Shown one piece after another: positions 1-9,073 of a stretch of DNA of 59,145 bases. How positions within the stretch are numbered: position 1 is the stretch's first letter; every line of letters begins with the position of its first letter. The notes under the pieces were generated by a model, which saw only the letters and a program-made list of their open reading frames with translations, was not told the origin of the DNA and made no database searches. Source of the stretch: Burkholderiales bacterium (GTDB lineage: Bacteria; Pseudomonadota; Gammaproteobacteria; Burkholderiales; SG8-41); contig JAIESJ010000226.1 in the NCBI GenBank assembly GCA_019746155.1, positions 1-59,145 on the forward strand, in the 5' to 3' direction. A program made the translations under genes and the position numbers.

Positions 1-1161
1 GATGGTCTTGCCGCCTTCACGTTTTGGGGGTGGCAGGCGGTGATCGTGGCGGCCGCGATCACGCTGCCGCTCGGCATCAGCACGGCCAAGGAATACGCCG
101 AACTCGAATGGCCGATCGACGTGCTGATCACGCTGGTGTGGGTCGCGTATGCGATCGTGTTTTTCGGCACCATCGCCAGGCGCAAGACACCGCACATCTA
201 TGTCGCCAACTGGTTCTTCGGCGCCTTCATTCTGACGGTTGCGCTGCTGCACGTCGTCAACAGCGCCGAAATCCCGGTCACCCTGTGGAAATCCTACTCG
301 GCCTACGCCGGGGTGCAGGATGCGATGGTGCAGTGGTGGTACGGCCACAACGCGGTCGGCTTTTTCCTGACGGCGGGCTTCCTCGGCATGATGTATTACT
401 TCATCCCGAAGCAGGCCGGCCGGCCGGTCTATTCCTACCGGCTGTCGGTGGTGCATTTTTGGGCGCTGATCTTCACCTACATGTGGGCGGGTCCTCACCA
501 CCTGCATTACACCGCGCTGCCCGACTGGGCGCAATCGATCGGCATGCTGTTCTCGCTGATTCTGCTGGCGCCTTCGTGGGGCGGCATGATCAACGGCATC
601 ATGACGCTGTCCGGCGCGTGGCACAAACTGCGCGACGATCCCATTCTCAAGTTTCTTATCGTGTCGCTGTCGTTTTACGGCATGTCGACTTTCGAGGGCC
701 CGATGATGTCGATCAAGACGGTGAATGCGCTGTCGCATTACACCGACTGGACGATCGGCCACGTGCACTCGGGGGCGCTCGGCTGGGTTGGCATGGTTTC
801 CATTGGCAGCATCTACTATCTGATCCCGCGTCTGTTCGGGCAGACGGAGATGCACAGCATGCGGCTAGTGACGCTGCACTTCTGGGTTGCCACCGTCGGC
901 ATCGTGCTCTATATCGCCGCGATGTGGATCGCCGGCGTGATGCAGGGGCTGATGTGGCGCGCGGTCAATCCCGACGGCACGCTCACCTACAGCTTTGCGG
1001 AGGCGGTGAAGGCGACCTATCCCTACTACACGATCCGGCTGCTCGGCGGGCTGCTTTACCTGTCGGGCATGCTGATCATGGTCTACAACACCTGGAAGAC
1101 CGTCGTCGGTCACCGGGCGGTCGACGCGACGATCCCCGCCGCGCAGCCGGCGCACGCGTAA
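1..1161 (+). CDS. ccoN: cbb3-type cytochrome c oxidase subunit I (CcoN), 5'-truncated by window edge
   Basis: Frame 1 is open from nt 1. Track ORF 40..1161 shows heme-copper oxidase helices ([19 protein letters not shown]). It is followed by ccoO/Q/P. Confidence 0.93.
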   Translation, partial: DGLAAFTFWGWQAVIVAAAITLPLGISTAKEYAELEWPIDVLITLVWVAYAIVFFGTIARRKTPHIYVANWFFGAFILTVALLHVVNSAEIPVTLWKSYSAYAGVQDAMVQWWYGHNAVGFFLTAGFLGMMYYFIPKQAGRPVYSYRLSVVHFWALIFTYMWAGPHHLHYTALPDWAQSIGMLFSLILLAPSWGGMINGIMTLSGAWHKLRDDPILKFLIVSLSFYGMSTFEGPMMSIKTVNALSHYTDWTIGHVHSGALGWVGMVSIGSIYYLIPRLFGQTEMHSMRLVTLHFWVATVGIVLYIAAMWIAGVMQGLMWRAVNPDGTLTYSFAEAVKATYPYYTIRLLGGLLYLSGMLIMVYNTWKTVVGHRAVDATIPAAQPAHA

Positions 1162-1176
1162 CTGGAGAGCAAGGAC

Positions 1177-1797
1177 ATGAACACAACTTCCGGTCATGCA
1201 TTGATCGAAAAGAACCTGGGGCTGCTGATCATCCTGATGATCCTGGTGGTAAGCGTCGGCGGTCTGGTCGAGATCGTGCCGCTGTTCTTCCAGAAATCGA
1301 CGACGCAGCCGGTGGCGGGGTTGAAGCCCTACACGCCGCTGCAGCTCTCGGGCCGCGACATCTACATCCGCGAAGGCTGCAACAACTGCCACTCGCAGAT
1401 GATCCGGCCGTTCCGCGCCGAAACCGAGCGCTACGGGCACTACTCGGTGGCGGGGGAGTTCGTCTATGACCACCCGTTCCTGTGGGGATCGAAGCGCACC
1501 GGGCCGGATCTCGCGCGCGTGGGCTTGCGCTATTCCGACGAGTGGCACCGCGTGCATCTCGCCAATCCGCGCGACGTCGTGCCCGAGTCCAATATGCCGG
1601 CCTACGCATGGCTTGAGCGGGCTCCGCTTAATGCTGCGGACCTGCCGGCGAAAATGCGCGCTCTGCGCGCGCTCGGCGTGCCTTACACCGATGAGGAGAT
1701 TGCAAAGGCCGCCGAGAGCGTAAAAGGCAGGACCGAGATGGATGCGGTCATCGCCTATCTGCAGGGCCTGGGTACCGTGCTGAGGAACGTGAGGTAA
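1177..1797 (+). CDS. ccoO: cbb3-type cytochrome c oxidase subunit II, monoheme (CcoO)
   Basis: 206 aa with an N-terminal TM anchor and a single CxxCH (CNNCH). Starts 15 nt after the ccoN stop. Confidence 0.95.
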   Translation: MNTTSGHALIEKNLGLLIILMILVVSVGGLVEIVPLFFQKSTTQPVAGLKPYTPLQLSGRDIYIREGCNNCHSQMIRPFRAETERYGHYSVAGEFVYDHPFLWGSKRTGPDLARVGLRYSDEWHRVHLANPRDVVPESNMPAYAWLERAPLNAADLPAKMRALRALGVPYTDEEIAKAAESVKGRTEMDAVIAYLQGLGTVLRNVR

Positions 1798-1973
1798 TGC
1801 ATATGGATATCAATTTTGCACGATCGGTTTTGACGCTCGTCCTGCTGGTGGTGTTTATCGGCATCGTCGCGTGGGCCTGGAGCGGCAAGCGCAGGCAGGC
1901 GTTCGACGCCGCCGCGCGGCTGCCTTTCGATGACGAGCCGGAATCCGGCAACCGGCATCAGGGCCGGTCATAA
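1797..1973 (+). CDS. ccoQ: cbb3-type oxidase small subunit CcoQ
   Basis: 58-aa ORF below the track cutoff. ATG 1797 overlaps the ccoO TAA by 1 nt and TAA is at 1971-1973. Sequence [47 protein letters not shown]... has a single TM, and the ORF lies between ccoO and ccoP. Confidence 0.75.
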   Translation: MHMDINFARSVLTLVLLVVFIGIVAWAWSGKRRQAFDAAARLPFDDEPESGNRHQGRS

Positions 1974-1985
1974 AGGAAAACCACG

Positions 1986-2927
1986 ATGAGCGATTTCACA
2001 AGCGAAGTCTGGGGCATCTACATCGCGCTGATCACGCTGGTCAGCATCATTGCCTGCGCAGTGCTGCTCAAGGCGCTGTCGACCAAGCGCGCCGCGCCGA
2101 GTCAGCAGGTCGGCACCACCGGCCACACCTGGGACGAGGATCTCACCGAATGGAACCATCCCCTGCCGCGCTGGTGGATGTGGCTGTTCTATATCACCAT
2201 CGTCTTCAGCCTGGTCTATCTCGTGCTCTATCCCGGCCTCGGCAGCTACGCCGGCTACTTCGGCTGGAGCTCGCAGGGGCAGTATCAGCAAGAGCGGTCG
2301 AAAGCCGCGGCGGCCTACAACCCGATTTTCGACAGGTTTCTCAAGCAGGACATCAAGGCGGTTGCCGCCGACGCGGAAGCGCGGCAGATGGGACAGCGGC
2401 TGTTTCTCACCTATTGTGCGCAGTGCCACGGGTCGGACGCCGGCGGCGCCAGGGGGTTCCCCAATCTGCGTGACCAGGACTGGCTCTACGGCGGCGATCC
2501 GGAAACCATCAAGGCAAGCATTGCCAACGGGCGCAATGGCGTGATGCCGGCGCTCGGCGCGGTGGTGGGCGGCGACGAAGGGGCAAAGGACGTCGCGCAT
2601 TATGTGCTGTCGCTCTCGGGGCGCACCCACGACAGCCTGCGTGCTTCCCGCGGCAAGTCCACGTTCAATACGGTGTGCGCCGCCTGCCATGGCGCGGATG
2701 GCAAGGGCAACCCGGCGCTGGGCGCGCCCAACCTGACCGACAACATTTGGCTCTACGGCGGTTCAGAGAAAACCATCATCGAGACCGTCATGAAGGGACG
2801 CCGCGCCGATACGGCCGCGGCCGGCGCCACTGCCACTGCCATGCCGGCGCACAAGGACTTTCTCGATGAAGGCAAGATCCATCTGCTTGCGGCCTACGTG
2901 TGGGGTCTGTCGAGTGTCGATAAGTGA
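1986..2927 (+). CDS. ccoP: cbb3-type oxidase diheme cytochrome c subunit (CcoP)
   Basis: 313 aa with a TM anchor plus two CxxCH motifs (CAQCH, CAACH). Confidence 0.95.
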   Translation: MSDFTSEVWGIYIALITLVSIIACAVLLKALSTKRAAPSQQVGTTGHTWDEDLTEWNHPLPRWWMWLFYITIVFSLVYLVLYPGLGSYAGYFGWSSQGQYQQERSKAAAAYNPIFDRFLKQDIKAVAADAEARQMGQRLFLTYCAQCHGSDAGGARGFPNLRDQDWLYGGDPETIKASIANGRNGVMPALGAVVGGDEGAKDVAHYVLSLSGRTHDSLRASRGKSTFNTVCAACHGADGKGNPALGAPNLTDNIWLYGGSEKTIIETVMKGRRADTAAAGATATAMPAHKDFLDEGKIHLLAAYVWGLSSVDK

Positions 2928-3025
2928 ACCTGCGGGCCATCCTCACGAAACGGATAGCGACACGACGCACGGTTGATTCGCGCGCTGCTCGTGCTGTGCT
3001 GTGACGGCTGCCGCGGAGGCCGGCT

Positions 3026-4441
3026 TTGAACAGGGCCGCGCATGAGCTTGCGCCTGTGAGCACGCCCGAAGCGGTCGAACTCTACGAGGTACGCAAGAAA
3101 ATCTATCCGCGCGCGGTGCACGGCTGGTTCGCCGGCGGGCGCGTCGCAGTGGTGCTCCTCACGCAGCTGGTTTTCTATGGCACGCCGTGGCTCGTCTGGA
3201 ATGACCGCCAGGCGGTGCTGTTCGATCTCGGCGCGCGCAAGTTTTACATCTTCGGCTGGGTGTTCTGGCCGCAGGATTTCATTTTCCTCACCGCGCTGCT
3301 GGTGATTTCGGCATTGTCGCTGTTTCTTTTTACCGCGATCGCCGGCCGTCTGTGGTGCGGCTATGCCTGTCCGCAGACGGTCTATACCGAGATGTTCATG
3401 TGGATCGAGCATGTCGTGGAAGGCGACCGCCTGCAGCGCATGCGGCTCGACAAGGGGGTGATCGGCCCGCGCAAGCTTGCCCTGAAGTCGCTCAAGCATG
3501 CGATCTGGATCGCGCTCGCGTTGTGGACCGGCTTCACCTTTGTCGGCTATTTCACCCCGATCAAGACCCTGGTCGCCGAAGTCATGAACCGGAACCTCGG
3601 CCCGTGGGAGACGTTCTGGATCCTGTTCTACGGCTTTGCCACCTACGGCAACGCCGGCTGGATGCGCGAGCAGGTGTGCAAATACATGTGCCCGTACGCG
3701 CGCTTCCAGGGCGTGATGTTCGATCCCGACACGCTGGTCATCACCTATGATGCGCATCGCGGCGAGCCGCGCGGCTCGCGCAGCAGATCGACCGATTACA
3801 AGGCTTCGGGCCTGGGCGACTGCGTCGATTGCGACATCTGCGTGCAGGTCTGCCCGACCGGGATCGACATCCGCCAGGGGTTGCAATACGAGTGCATAGG
3901 TTGCGCGGCGTGCATCGACGGCTGCAACCAGGTGATGGACAAAATGGGCTATCCGCGCGGTCTCATCCGGTATTCGACGGAGAACGCGGTCGAGCGCAAG
4001 TATCCGGAAAGCAAGATCGTCGCGCATGTTTTCCGGCCACGCGTTCTGGTCTACAGCGCGGTGCTACTTGCGGTCGTTCTGGCGCTTATGGCCGCGCTCT
4101 ACCTCAGATCGCCGCTCAAGGTCGACGTGATTCGCGACCGCGCCACGCTCGCGCGCGAAGTCGAGGACGGTCTGATCGAGAACGTCTATCACCTGCAGAT
4201 CATGAATACCGACGAGCGGCCGCATCGCTATAGCATCGCCGTGTCGGGGCTGGAGGGTCTCAAGGTGGTGACCCGGCAGCCGGTGGAAGTCCCCGGCGCC
4301 ACTACGCAGGCCGTCGCGGTCGCGGTGCGCGTCGATCCCGCCGGCATCAGGCCGGGCTCGCATGTCATCGTGTTTCATGTCGCGGACAGCGACGAGCCGC
4401 GCGTGAAAGCCGACGAGAAATCGCGGTTTTTCGTAAAATGA
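3026..4441 (+). CDS. ccoG: cytochrome c oxidase accessory protein CcoG (polyferredoxin-like membrane protein)
   Basis: 471 aa, polytopic, with ferredoxin-type Cys clusters (CVDCDICVQVCP, CIGCAACIDGC). Lies directly downstream of ccoP. Confidence 0.9.
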   Translation: MNRAAHELAPVSTPEAVELYEVRKKIYPRAVHGWFAGGRVAVVLLTQLVFYGTPWLVWNDRQAVLFDLGARKFYIFGWVFWPQDFIFLTALLVISALSLFLFTAIAGRLWCGYACPQTVYTEMFMWIEHVVEGDRLQRMRLDKGVIGPRKLALKSLKHAIWIALALWTGFTFVGYFTPIKTLVAEVMNRNLGPWETFWILFYGFATYGNAGWMREQVCKYMCPYARFQGVMFDPDTLVITYDAHRGEPRGSRSRSTDYKASGLGDCVDCDICVQVCPTGIDIRQGLQYECIGCAACIDGCNQVMDKMGYPRGLIRYSTENAVERKYPESKIVAHVFRPRVLVYSAVLLAVVLALMAALYLRSPLKVDVIRDRATLAREVEDGLIENVYHLQIMNTDERPHRYSIAVSGLEGLKVVTRQPVEVPGATTQAVAVAVRVDPAGIRPGSHVIVFHVADSDEPRVKADEKSRFFVK

Positions 4442-4478
4442 TCTTTGGCCGCAGAGTTCTCTGTGGCTTGGGGGGTAA

Positions 4479-5024
4479 ATGCCACTGAAATCTGTTGGCG
4501 CAGTACCGTGGTACCGCGAGCCGTGGCCCTGGCTGCTGATGGCGGGGCCGACGCTGGTGGTGGTGGCGAGCGCGATCACGCTGTGGCTCGCGCTCAAAAG
4601 CGATGACGGCCTGGTGGCCGATGATTATTACAAGCGGGGGCTTGCGATCAATCAGACGCTGACGCGCGATCACACTGCGGTGGTGCGCGGTTATCGCGCG
4701 CAGCTCGCATGGGACGCCGCATCGGGCCGCATCCGGGTCACGCTGTCGGGGGCGGGAACGCTGCCGGCTGCGTTGCAGTTGCGCATCGTGCATCCGACGC
4801 GCGCCGGCATGGACCGGCTGGTGCCGCTCGCCGCTGCCGGCGCCGGCGGATACGAGGCTGCGATCGCGGCACCGCGCGCCGGGCGCTGGCTGGTGACGCT
4901 CGAGGACGAGAGCCGCAGCTGGCGCCTGACCGGAGAATGGCGCGTGCCGGAGCAGGCGGAATTGCAGCTTGCGGCAAGCAGCCTGTCGGACTTGGCCCCA
5001 ATTCACCGGAACGGGTGGCGTTAA
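4479..5024 (+). CDS. ccoH: FixH/CcoH family cbb3 assembly protein
   Basis: 181 aa with an N-terminal TM (WPWLLMAGPTLVVVASAITLWLAL), positioned after ccoG. The last ~16 codons and the stop lie inside repeat copy A. Confidence 0.7.
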   Translation: MPLKSVGAVPWYREPWPWLLMAGPTLVVVASAITLWLALKSDDGLVADDYYKRGLAINQTLTRDHTAVVRGYRAQLAWDAASGRIRVTLSGAGTLPAALQLRIVHPTRAGMDRLVPLAAAGAGGYEAAIAAPRAGRWLVTLEDESRSWRLTGEWRVPEQAELQLAASSLSDLAPIHRNGWR

Positions 5025-5063
5025 CGGATCGCCGTTGATTGACGCTGCGGCGACAGGCTGCTT
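4976..5063 (+). repeat. Structured repeat family, copy A (hairpin core only)
   Basis: AAGCAGCCTGTCG (4976-4988) pairs with CGACAGGCTGCTT (5051-5063). The interior ...TTCACCGGAACGGGTGG.GTTAACGGATCGCCGT... is about nine-tenths identical by eye to copies at 11663-11830 (-) and 27626-27792 (+). Confidence 0.85.
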
Positions 5064-5300
5064 AATCCTGTTCTGGATATTCGCCGCTGCTTCCAGCGCT
5101 TTCACCTGTTTCCTGCAGCGCAGCGCTGTCGATATCAACCGCCTGTGCCCGCTCGAACCCGCAAGCCGGCCCGTCGGATGCCCCAAGCGCGAGGAACCCC
5201 CCGCTGGCGGCCGGCCACGCTGAGCGTGCTGGCCGGCGTGACGGGGGTGTTGGGGTGGTCCAGTGCGGCAGACGACTGCAGGTTCTGACCGCAGCGCGGG

Positions 5301-6047
5301 TCAGATTTTACAGGCGGTCTGGCCGATCAGTGCATGCAGTTTTTCCGGCTTTTTGATTTTGATGTGCTTATTCTGCACCTCGATCAGCCCCTCTTCCTGG
5401 AAACGGGACAGCACGCGGCTGATGGTTTCGAGTTTGAGCCCGAGATAGCTGCCGATTTCCTCGCGCGTCATGCGCAGGTTGAATTCGGTCGGTGAATAAC
5501 CGCGCACGGCAAAGCGCTGGGACAGATTGAGCAGGAAAGCGGCAAGGCGTTCTTCGGCGCGCATGCTGCCGAGCAGCAGCATCACGCCATGGTCGCGCAC
5601 GATTTCGCGGCTCATGATGCGGTGAAAATGATTCTGCAGCGAGGGAATCTCGCGCGACAGTTTTTCCAGAGAAGAAAACGGAATCTCGCAGACATCGCTG
5701 TCTTCAAGCGCAACCGTGTCGCAGGTGTGGCTGTTGGAGCTGATGGCGTCAAGCCCCAGCAGGTCGCCCATCATGTGAAAGCCCGCGACCTGCTCGCGGC
5801 CGTCCTCGTGCAGCACACAGCTTTTCATGAAGCCGGTGCGCAGCGCGTAGAGCGATTGCAGCTCCGCGCCGGCGCGGTAGAGATAATCGCCGCGCTTCAC
5901 CGGCCGGCGGCGGTTGAACAGCCGGCCGAAGATCTCGAGTTCGCGCTGATCGAGCCCGGCGGGCAGGCATAACTCGTGCAGGCTGCACGTCGAACAAACG
6001 GCCTTGAGCCTGTTGACGTCGATGGGCGTGAGACTGGGGGATGGCAT
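5301..6047 (-). CDS. fnr: FNR-type (Crp/Fnr family) oxygen-sensing transcription regulator
   Basis: N-terminal C-x2-C-x5-C cluster (CSTCSLHELC) plus a central Cys, and a C-terminal HTH (REEIGSYLGLKLETISRVL). Start placed at ATG 6047 (MPSPS...); the track ORF runs to 6098. Confidence 0.85.
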   Translation of the reverse strand: MPSPSLTPIDVNRLKAVCSTCSLHELCLPAGLDQRELEIFGRLFNRRRPVKRGDYLYRAGAELQSLYALRTGFMKSCVLHEDGREQVAGFHMMGDLLGLDAISSNSHTCDTVALEDSDVCEIPFSSLEKLSREIPSLQNHFHRIMSREIVRDHGVMLLLGSMRAEERLAAFLLNLSQRFAVRGYSPTEFNLRMTREEIGSYLGLKLETISRVLSRFQEEGLIEVQNKHIKIKKPEKLHALIGQTACKI

Positions 6048-6102
6048 GGGCTTTCCCGTAAATCTGCGGCGATGGACGAGCGGCGCCCATATTAACACTG
6101 GT

Positions 6103-6116
6103 TTGACCTAGATCAA
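6103..6116. promoter_or_regulatory. FNR box in the fnr/hemN divergent intergenic region
   Basis: TTGAC-CTAG-ATCAA is a 9/10 match to TTGAT-N4-ATCAA. It is centred about 60 nt upstream of the hemN ATG. Confidence 0.7.
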
Positions 6117-6168
6117 AATGCCGCCCCTCCACAATGCGATATTCTTCGTCACGAGGTAACAACCCAGC

Positions 6169-7569
6169 ATGAATTCAGTTTCCGATCATCTGCCGTTCGA
6201 AGTCGACCTGGATCTCATCCGCAGGCTCGACCGCAACGGCCCGCGCTATACGTCCTATCCCACTGCCGACCGCTTTGTGGAGGCATTCGGGCCGGACGCC
6301 TACAGGTCGTGGGCGGCCAAGCGCAATATCGGCGGCATCCAGCGTGCGCTCTCGATATACGTGCACCTGCCGTTCTGCAGCACCATCTGCTACTACTGTG
6401 CGTGCAACAAGATCGTGACCCGCAACAAGAGTCGCGGCGTGGAGTATCTCGGCTATCTCGAAAAAGAAATCGCGCTGCAGGCCCAGCTGTTCAGCGAGGA
6501 TCCGCGGGTTGAGCAGATGCACTGGGGCGGCGGCACGCCGACTTTCTTCAGCACGGAACAGATGCGGGCGTTGTTCGCAACGTTGCGGCGGCATTTCAAT
6601 TTCTCGCCCGACGGCGAATATTCGATTGAAATCGATCCGAGAACGGTGGACGAGAAAACGATTGCCGCATTGCGCGCCATGGGCTTCAACCGGCTGAGTC
6701 TGGGCGTGCAGGATTTCGACCCCGACGTGCAGCGGGCGGTGAACCGTTTGCAGAGCGAGGCGCAGACGCTGGCCATCATCGAGGCGGCGCGGCAGGAAGG
6801 CTTCCTATCGGTCAACGTCGATCTGATCTACGGTTTGCCGAAGCAGAACCTGACCACCTTCAACCGCACCCTGGCGCGGGTCGCCGTCGCGCGGCCCGAC
6901 CGGGTCGCGATCTACAACTACGCGCATTTGCCGACGCGCTTCAAATCGCAACGCCGGATCCATGAAGCCGATCTGCCGTCGCCGGAAACCAAGCTGAAGC
7001 TGCTGGCGCTGGCGGCACAGCGGCTGACCGAGGCTGGATACGTTTACATCGGCATGGATCATTTCGCGCTGCCGGAAGACTCTCTGGCGGCTGCGCAGCG
7101 GCAGGGCAGGCTGCACCGCAATTTCCAGGGCTACTCGACCCATGCCGAATGCGATCTGATGGCGCTGGGCGTATCCGCGATCGGCAACATCGGCCCGACT
7201 TACAGCCAGAACCACCGTGCCCTCGAAGACTACTACGATAGCCTCGAGCGCAATGAGTTGCCGATCATGCGTGGCATGGAGCTGTCGGCCGACGATCTGC
7301 TGCGGCGCGCCGTGATCCAGGCGCTGATGTGTCATTTCAGCGTGTCGAAAGAAGCGGTGGGAATATCCTATCTTATTGATTTTGATTCATATTTCACGGA
7401 AGAAGTGGCCGAATTGCGTGAGTTTGAGCAACAAGGTCTTCTCGAACTCAATGATCGCTGGATCAACGTGACGCCCAAGGGGCGCATGCTGATCCGCAAC
7501 CTCTGCATGGTGTTCGACAAGTATCTGCGGCACGCACGCGAAGTGGGCCGCTACTCCCGGGTGATATGA
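6169..7569 (+). CDS. hemN: oxygen-independent coproporphyrinogen III oxidase (radical SAM, HemN)
   Basis: 466 aa with the radical-SAM CxxxCxxC motif (CSTICYYCAC) and a typical HemN length and C-terminal domain. Confidence 0.93.
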   Translation: MNSVSDHLPFEVDLDLIRRLDRNGPRYTSYPTADRFVEAFGPDAYRSWAAKRNIGGIQRALSIYVHLPFCSTICYYCACNKIVTRNKSRGVEYLGYLEKEIALQAQLFSEDPRVEQMHWGGGTPTFFSTEQMRALFATLRRHFNFSPDGEYSIEIDPRTVDEKTIAALRAMGFNRLSLGVQDFDPDVQRAVNRLQSEAQTLAIIEAARQEGFLSVNVDLIYGLPKQNLTTFNRTLARVAVARPDRVAIYNYAHLPTRFKSQRRIHEADLPSPETKLKLLALAAQRLTEAGYVYIGMDHFALPEDSLAAAQRQGRLHRNFQGYSTHAECDLMALGVSAIGNIGPTYSQNHRALEDYYDSLERNELPIMRGMELSADDLLRRAVIQALMCHFSVSKEAVGISYLIDFDSYFTEEVAELREFEQQGLLELNDRWINVTPKGRMLIRNLCMVFDKYLRHAREVGRYSRVI

Positions 7570-7573
7570 AGAC

Positions 7574-7601
7574 GGTGAATGGTGAATAGTGAATGGTGAA
7601 G
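7574..7601 (+). repeat. Four tandem heptamers (GGTGAAT GGTGAAT AGTGAAT GGTGAAG)
   Basis: Read directly from the sequence, immediately after the hemN stop codon. Confidence 0.9.
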
Positions 7602-7618
7602 AGAGGAAAGTTTTTTGC

Positions 7619-7632
7619 GGTGACGCGTCACC
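7619..7632. repeat. Perfect 14-bp palindrome GGTGACGCGTCACC
   Basis: Read directly. Lies 34 nt upstream of the ATG at 7666 and is preceded by a T6 run. Confidence 0.85.
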
Positions 7633-7665
7633 AGCCACTGGTCGCCGGTCACGCGTTATCAAGAG

Positions 7666-8415
7666 ATGAACGGCTGGCTTGAGGCGATCCTGCTTGCGGC
7701 ATTCGCCGCCGGGCTGATGGGCGGCGCGCATTGCGCGGCGATGTGCGGCGGCATTGTCGGCGCTGTCTGCCGGCCGCGCGCCGATGGTGGCGCGGTCGCG
7801 GGGCAATGGCGTCATGCACTGGCCTATAACGGCGGCCGCATCTTCAGCTATGCCGTGGCCGGGGCGCTGGCCGGCGCGCTCGGCCAGGGCGGGCTTGCGC
7901 TACGCGGCGGGCCGCTGGCGCAGCAGACGCTGCTGTTCATGGCGGGGGCCGTGCTGCTGATAATGGCGTTGTACCTGGCCGGCGTGACGCCGATCGCGCG
8001 CGGTCTCGAAGCCGTGGGCAGTATCGTCTGGCGCCGCATCCAACCTTATTCCCGCTGGTTTTTGCCGGTCGATTCCGTGCCGCGTGCGCTGGGGCTGGGC
8101 GCGGTATGGGGATGGCTGCCGTGCGGCATGGTCTATGCGGTATTGCTGACCGCGATGGCGACCGCCGACGTCCGCCACGGCGCGCTGGTGATGCTGGCTT
8201 TCGGCCTGGGCACGCTGCCCAACATGCTCGCCATCGCGCTGCTGTTCGGCCAGTTCAGGAAGTTTGCGGCGCTGCGCCCGGTGCGCCTGGCGACCGGCAC
8301 GGTTATCGGCGGATTGGGAATTTTCGGCATCCTCAAGGCAATGCGGCCCGCCGCCTTCGCCGGCGACGGGCTGCTGTGTTACGTGCTGCCGGGCCTGGGC
8401 AGCCTGCTGCAGTAG
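7666..8415 (+). CDS. TauE/SafE- or DsbD_2-like polytopic membrane protein
   Basis: 249 aa, about 7 hydrophobic helices, with an N-terminal GGAHCAAMCGG motif. This family is often found near cco assembly genes. Confidence 0.55.
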   Translation: MNGWLEAILLAAFAAGLMGGAHCAAMCGGIVGAVCRPRADGGAVAGQWRHALAYNGGRIFSYAVAGALAGALGQGGLALRGGPLAQQTLLFMAGAVLLIMALYLAGVTPIARGLEAVGSIVWRRIQPYSRWFLPVDSVPRALGLGAVWGWLPCGMVYAVLLTAMATADVRHGALVMLAFGLGTLPNMLAIALLFGQFRKFAALRPVRLATGTVIGGLGIFGILKAMRPAAFAGDGLLCYVLPGLGSLLQ

Positions 8416-8437
8416 ATCCGCAACACGCGCGGACGGT

Positions 8438-8947
8438 TCAGCCGATCACGCCGCAGGCGGCGCGGCCGCCGGCATTGCCGGTGGGATCGGTCTTCAGGTC
8501 ATCCTGGTCCATATGGACGATCAGGCCGCGGCCGATGATGCCGTTGGGCGCGTCCTTGCTGACCACGATGCCGCTGACCACCATGTTGATGGTGGCCTTG
8601 CCATACGAATCGAAAACCAGGTTGCCGAGATCGCCGGCGTGGCCGCTGCCGGGCGCCCCGTGTTTGGCCTTGACGGGGTTGAAATGGCCACCGGCGCTTA
8701 TCGCCTTGGGATCGCTGCAATCGCCTTTTTCGTGGATATGGAAGCCCTTGCTGCCGGGGGCGTGGCCTGCCACTTCTCCGGTCACGCGCACCTGCTCGCC
8801 GACCTGGGTGAATTTGACCGTGCCGTGAACCTGGCTGCCGCTCCTGGGCTGCAGCACGGCGGTTGCCGACGGCCCTTCTTTTTCCGAGGTTGCCGCGCAG
8901 GCCGCGAGCAGCAGCGAACAGGACACTACGCTCAATGCTTGTTTCAT
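8438..8947 (-). CDS. sodC: Cu,Zn superoxide dismutase (lipoprotein-type signal)
   Basis: 169 aa with an LLLAAC lipobox-like signal and the motifs GFHIHEKGDC, GGHFNP, HAGDLGN and ACGVIG. A strong AGGAGG RBS is present. Confidence 0.9.
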   Translation of the reverse strand: MKQALSVVSCSLLLAACAATSEKEGPSATAVLQPRSGSQVHGTVKFTQVGEQVRVTGEVAGHAPGSKGFHIHEKGDCSDPKAISAGGHFNPVKAKHGAPGSGHAGDLGNLVFDSYGKATINMVVSGIVVSKDAPNGIIGRGLIVHMDQDDLKTDPTGNAGGRAACGVIG

Positions 8948-9073
8948 GTTTCTTTTCCTCCTGGGTGGTTGAGTTCACTTAACTGCAGGGTGACACGCCG
9001 GCAAGCCTCGTGTCCGGGTAGCGTACGGCGCCGAAAAATATCTTTAATATATTGATTTTTAAGTGTTTTATGA

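Noticed and set aside
5205-5240. Imperfect GC hairpin (GCCGGCCACGC-TGA-GCGTGCTGGCCGGC) between ccoH and fnr, considered as a bidirectional terminator.
   Set aside because: The stem is interrupted by a 2-nt bulge and there are no flanking T/A runs, so the evidence is insufficient.
9030-9073. TTGAT half-site upstream of sodC, considered as an FNR box.
   Set aside because: There is no matching ATCAA half-site at the required 4-nt spacing.
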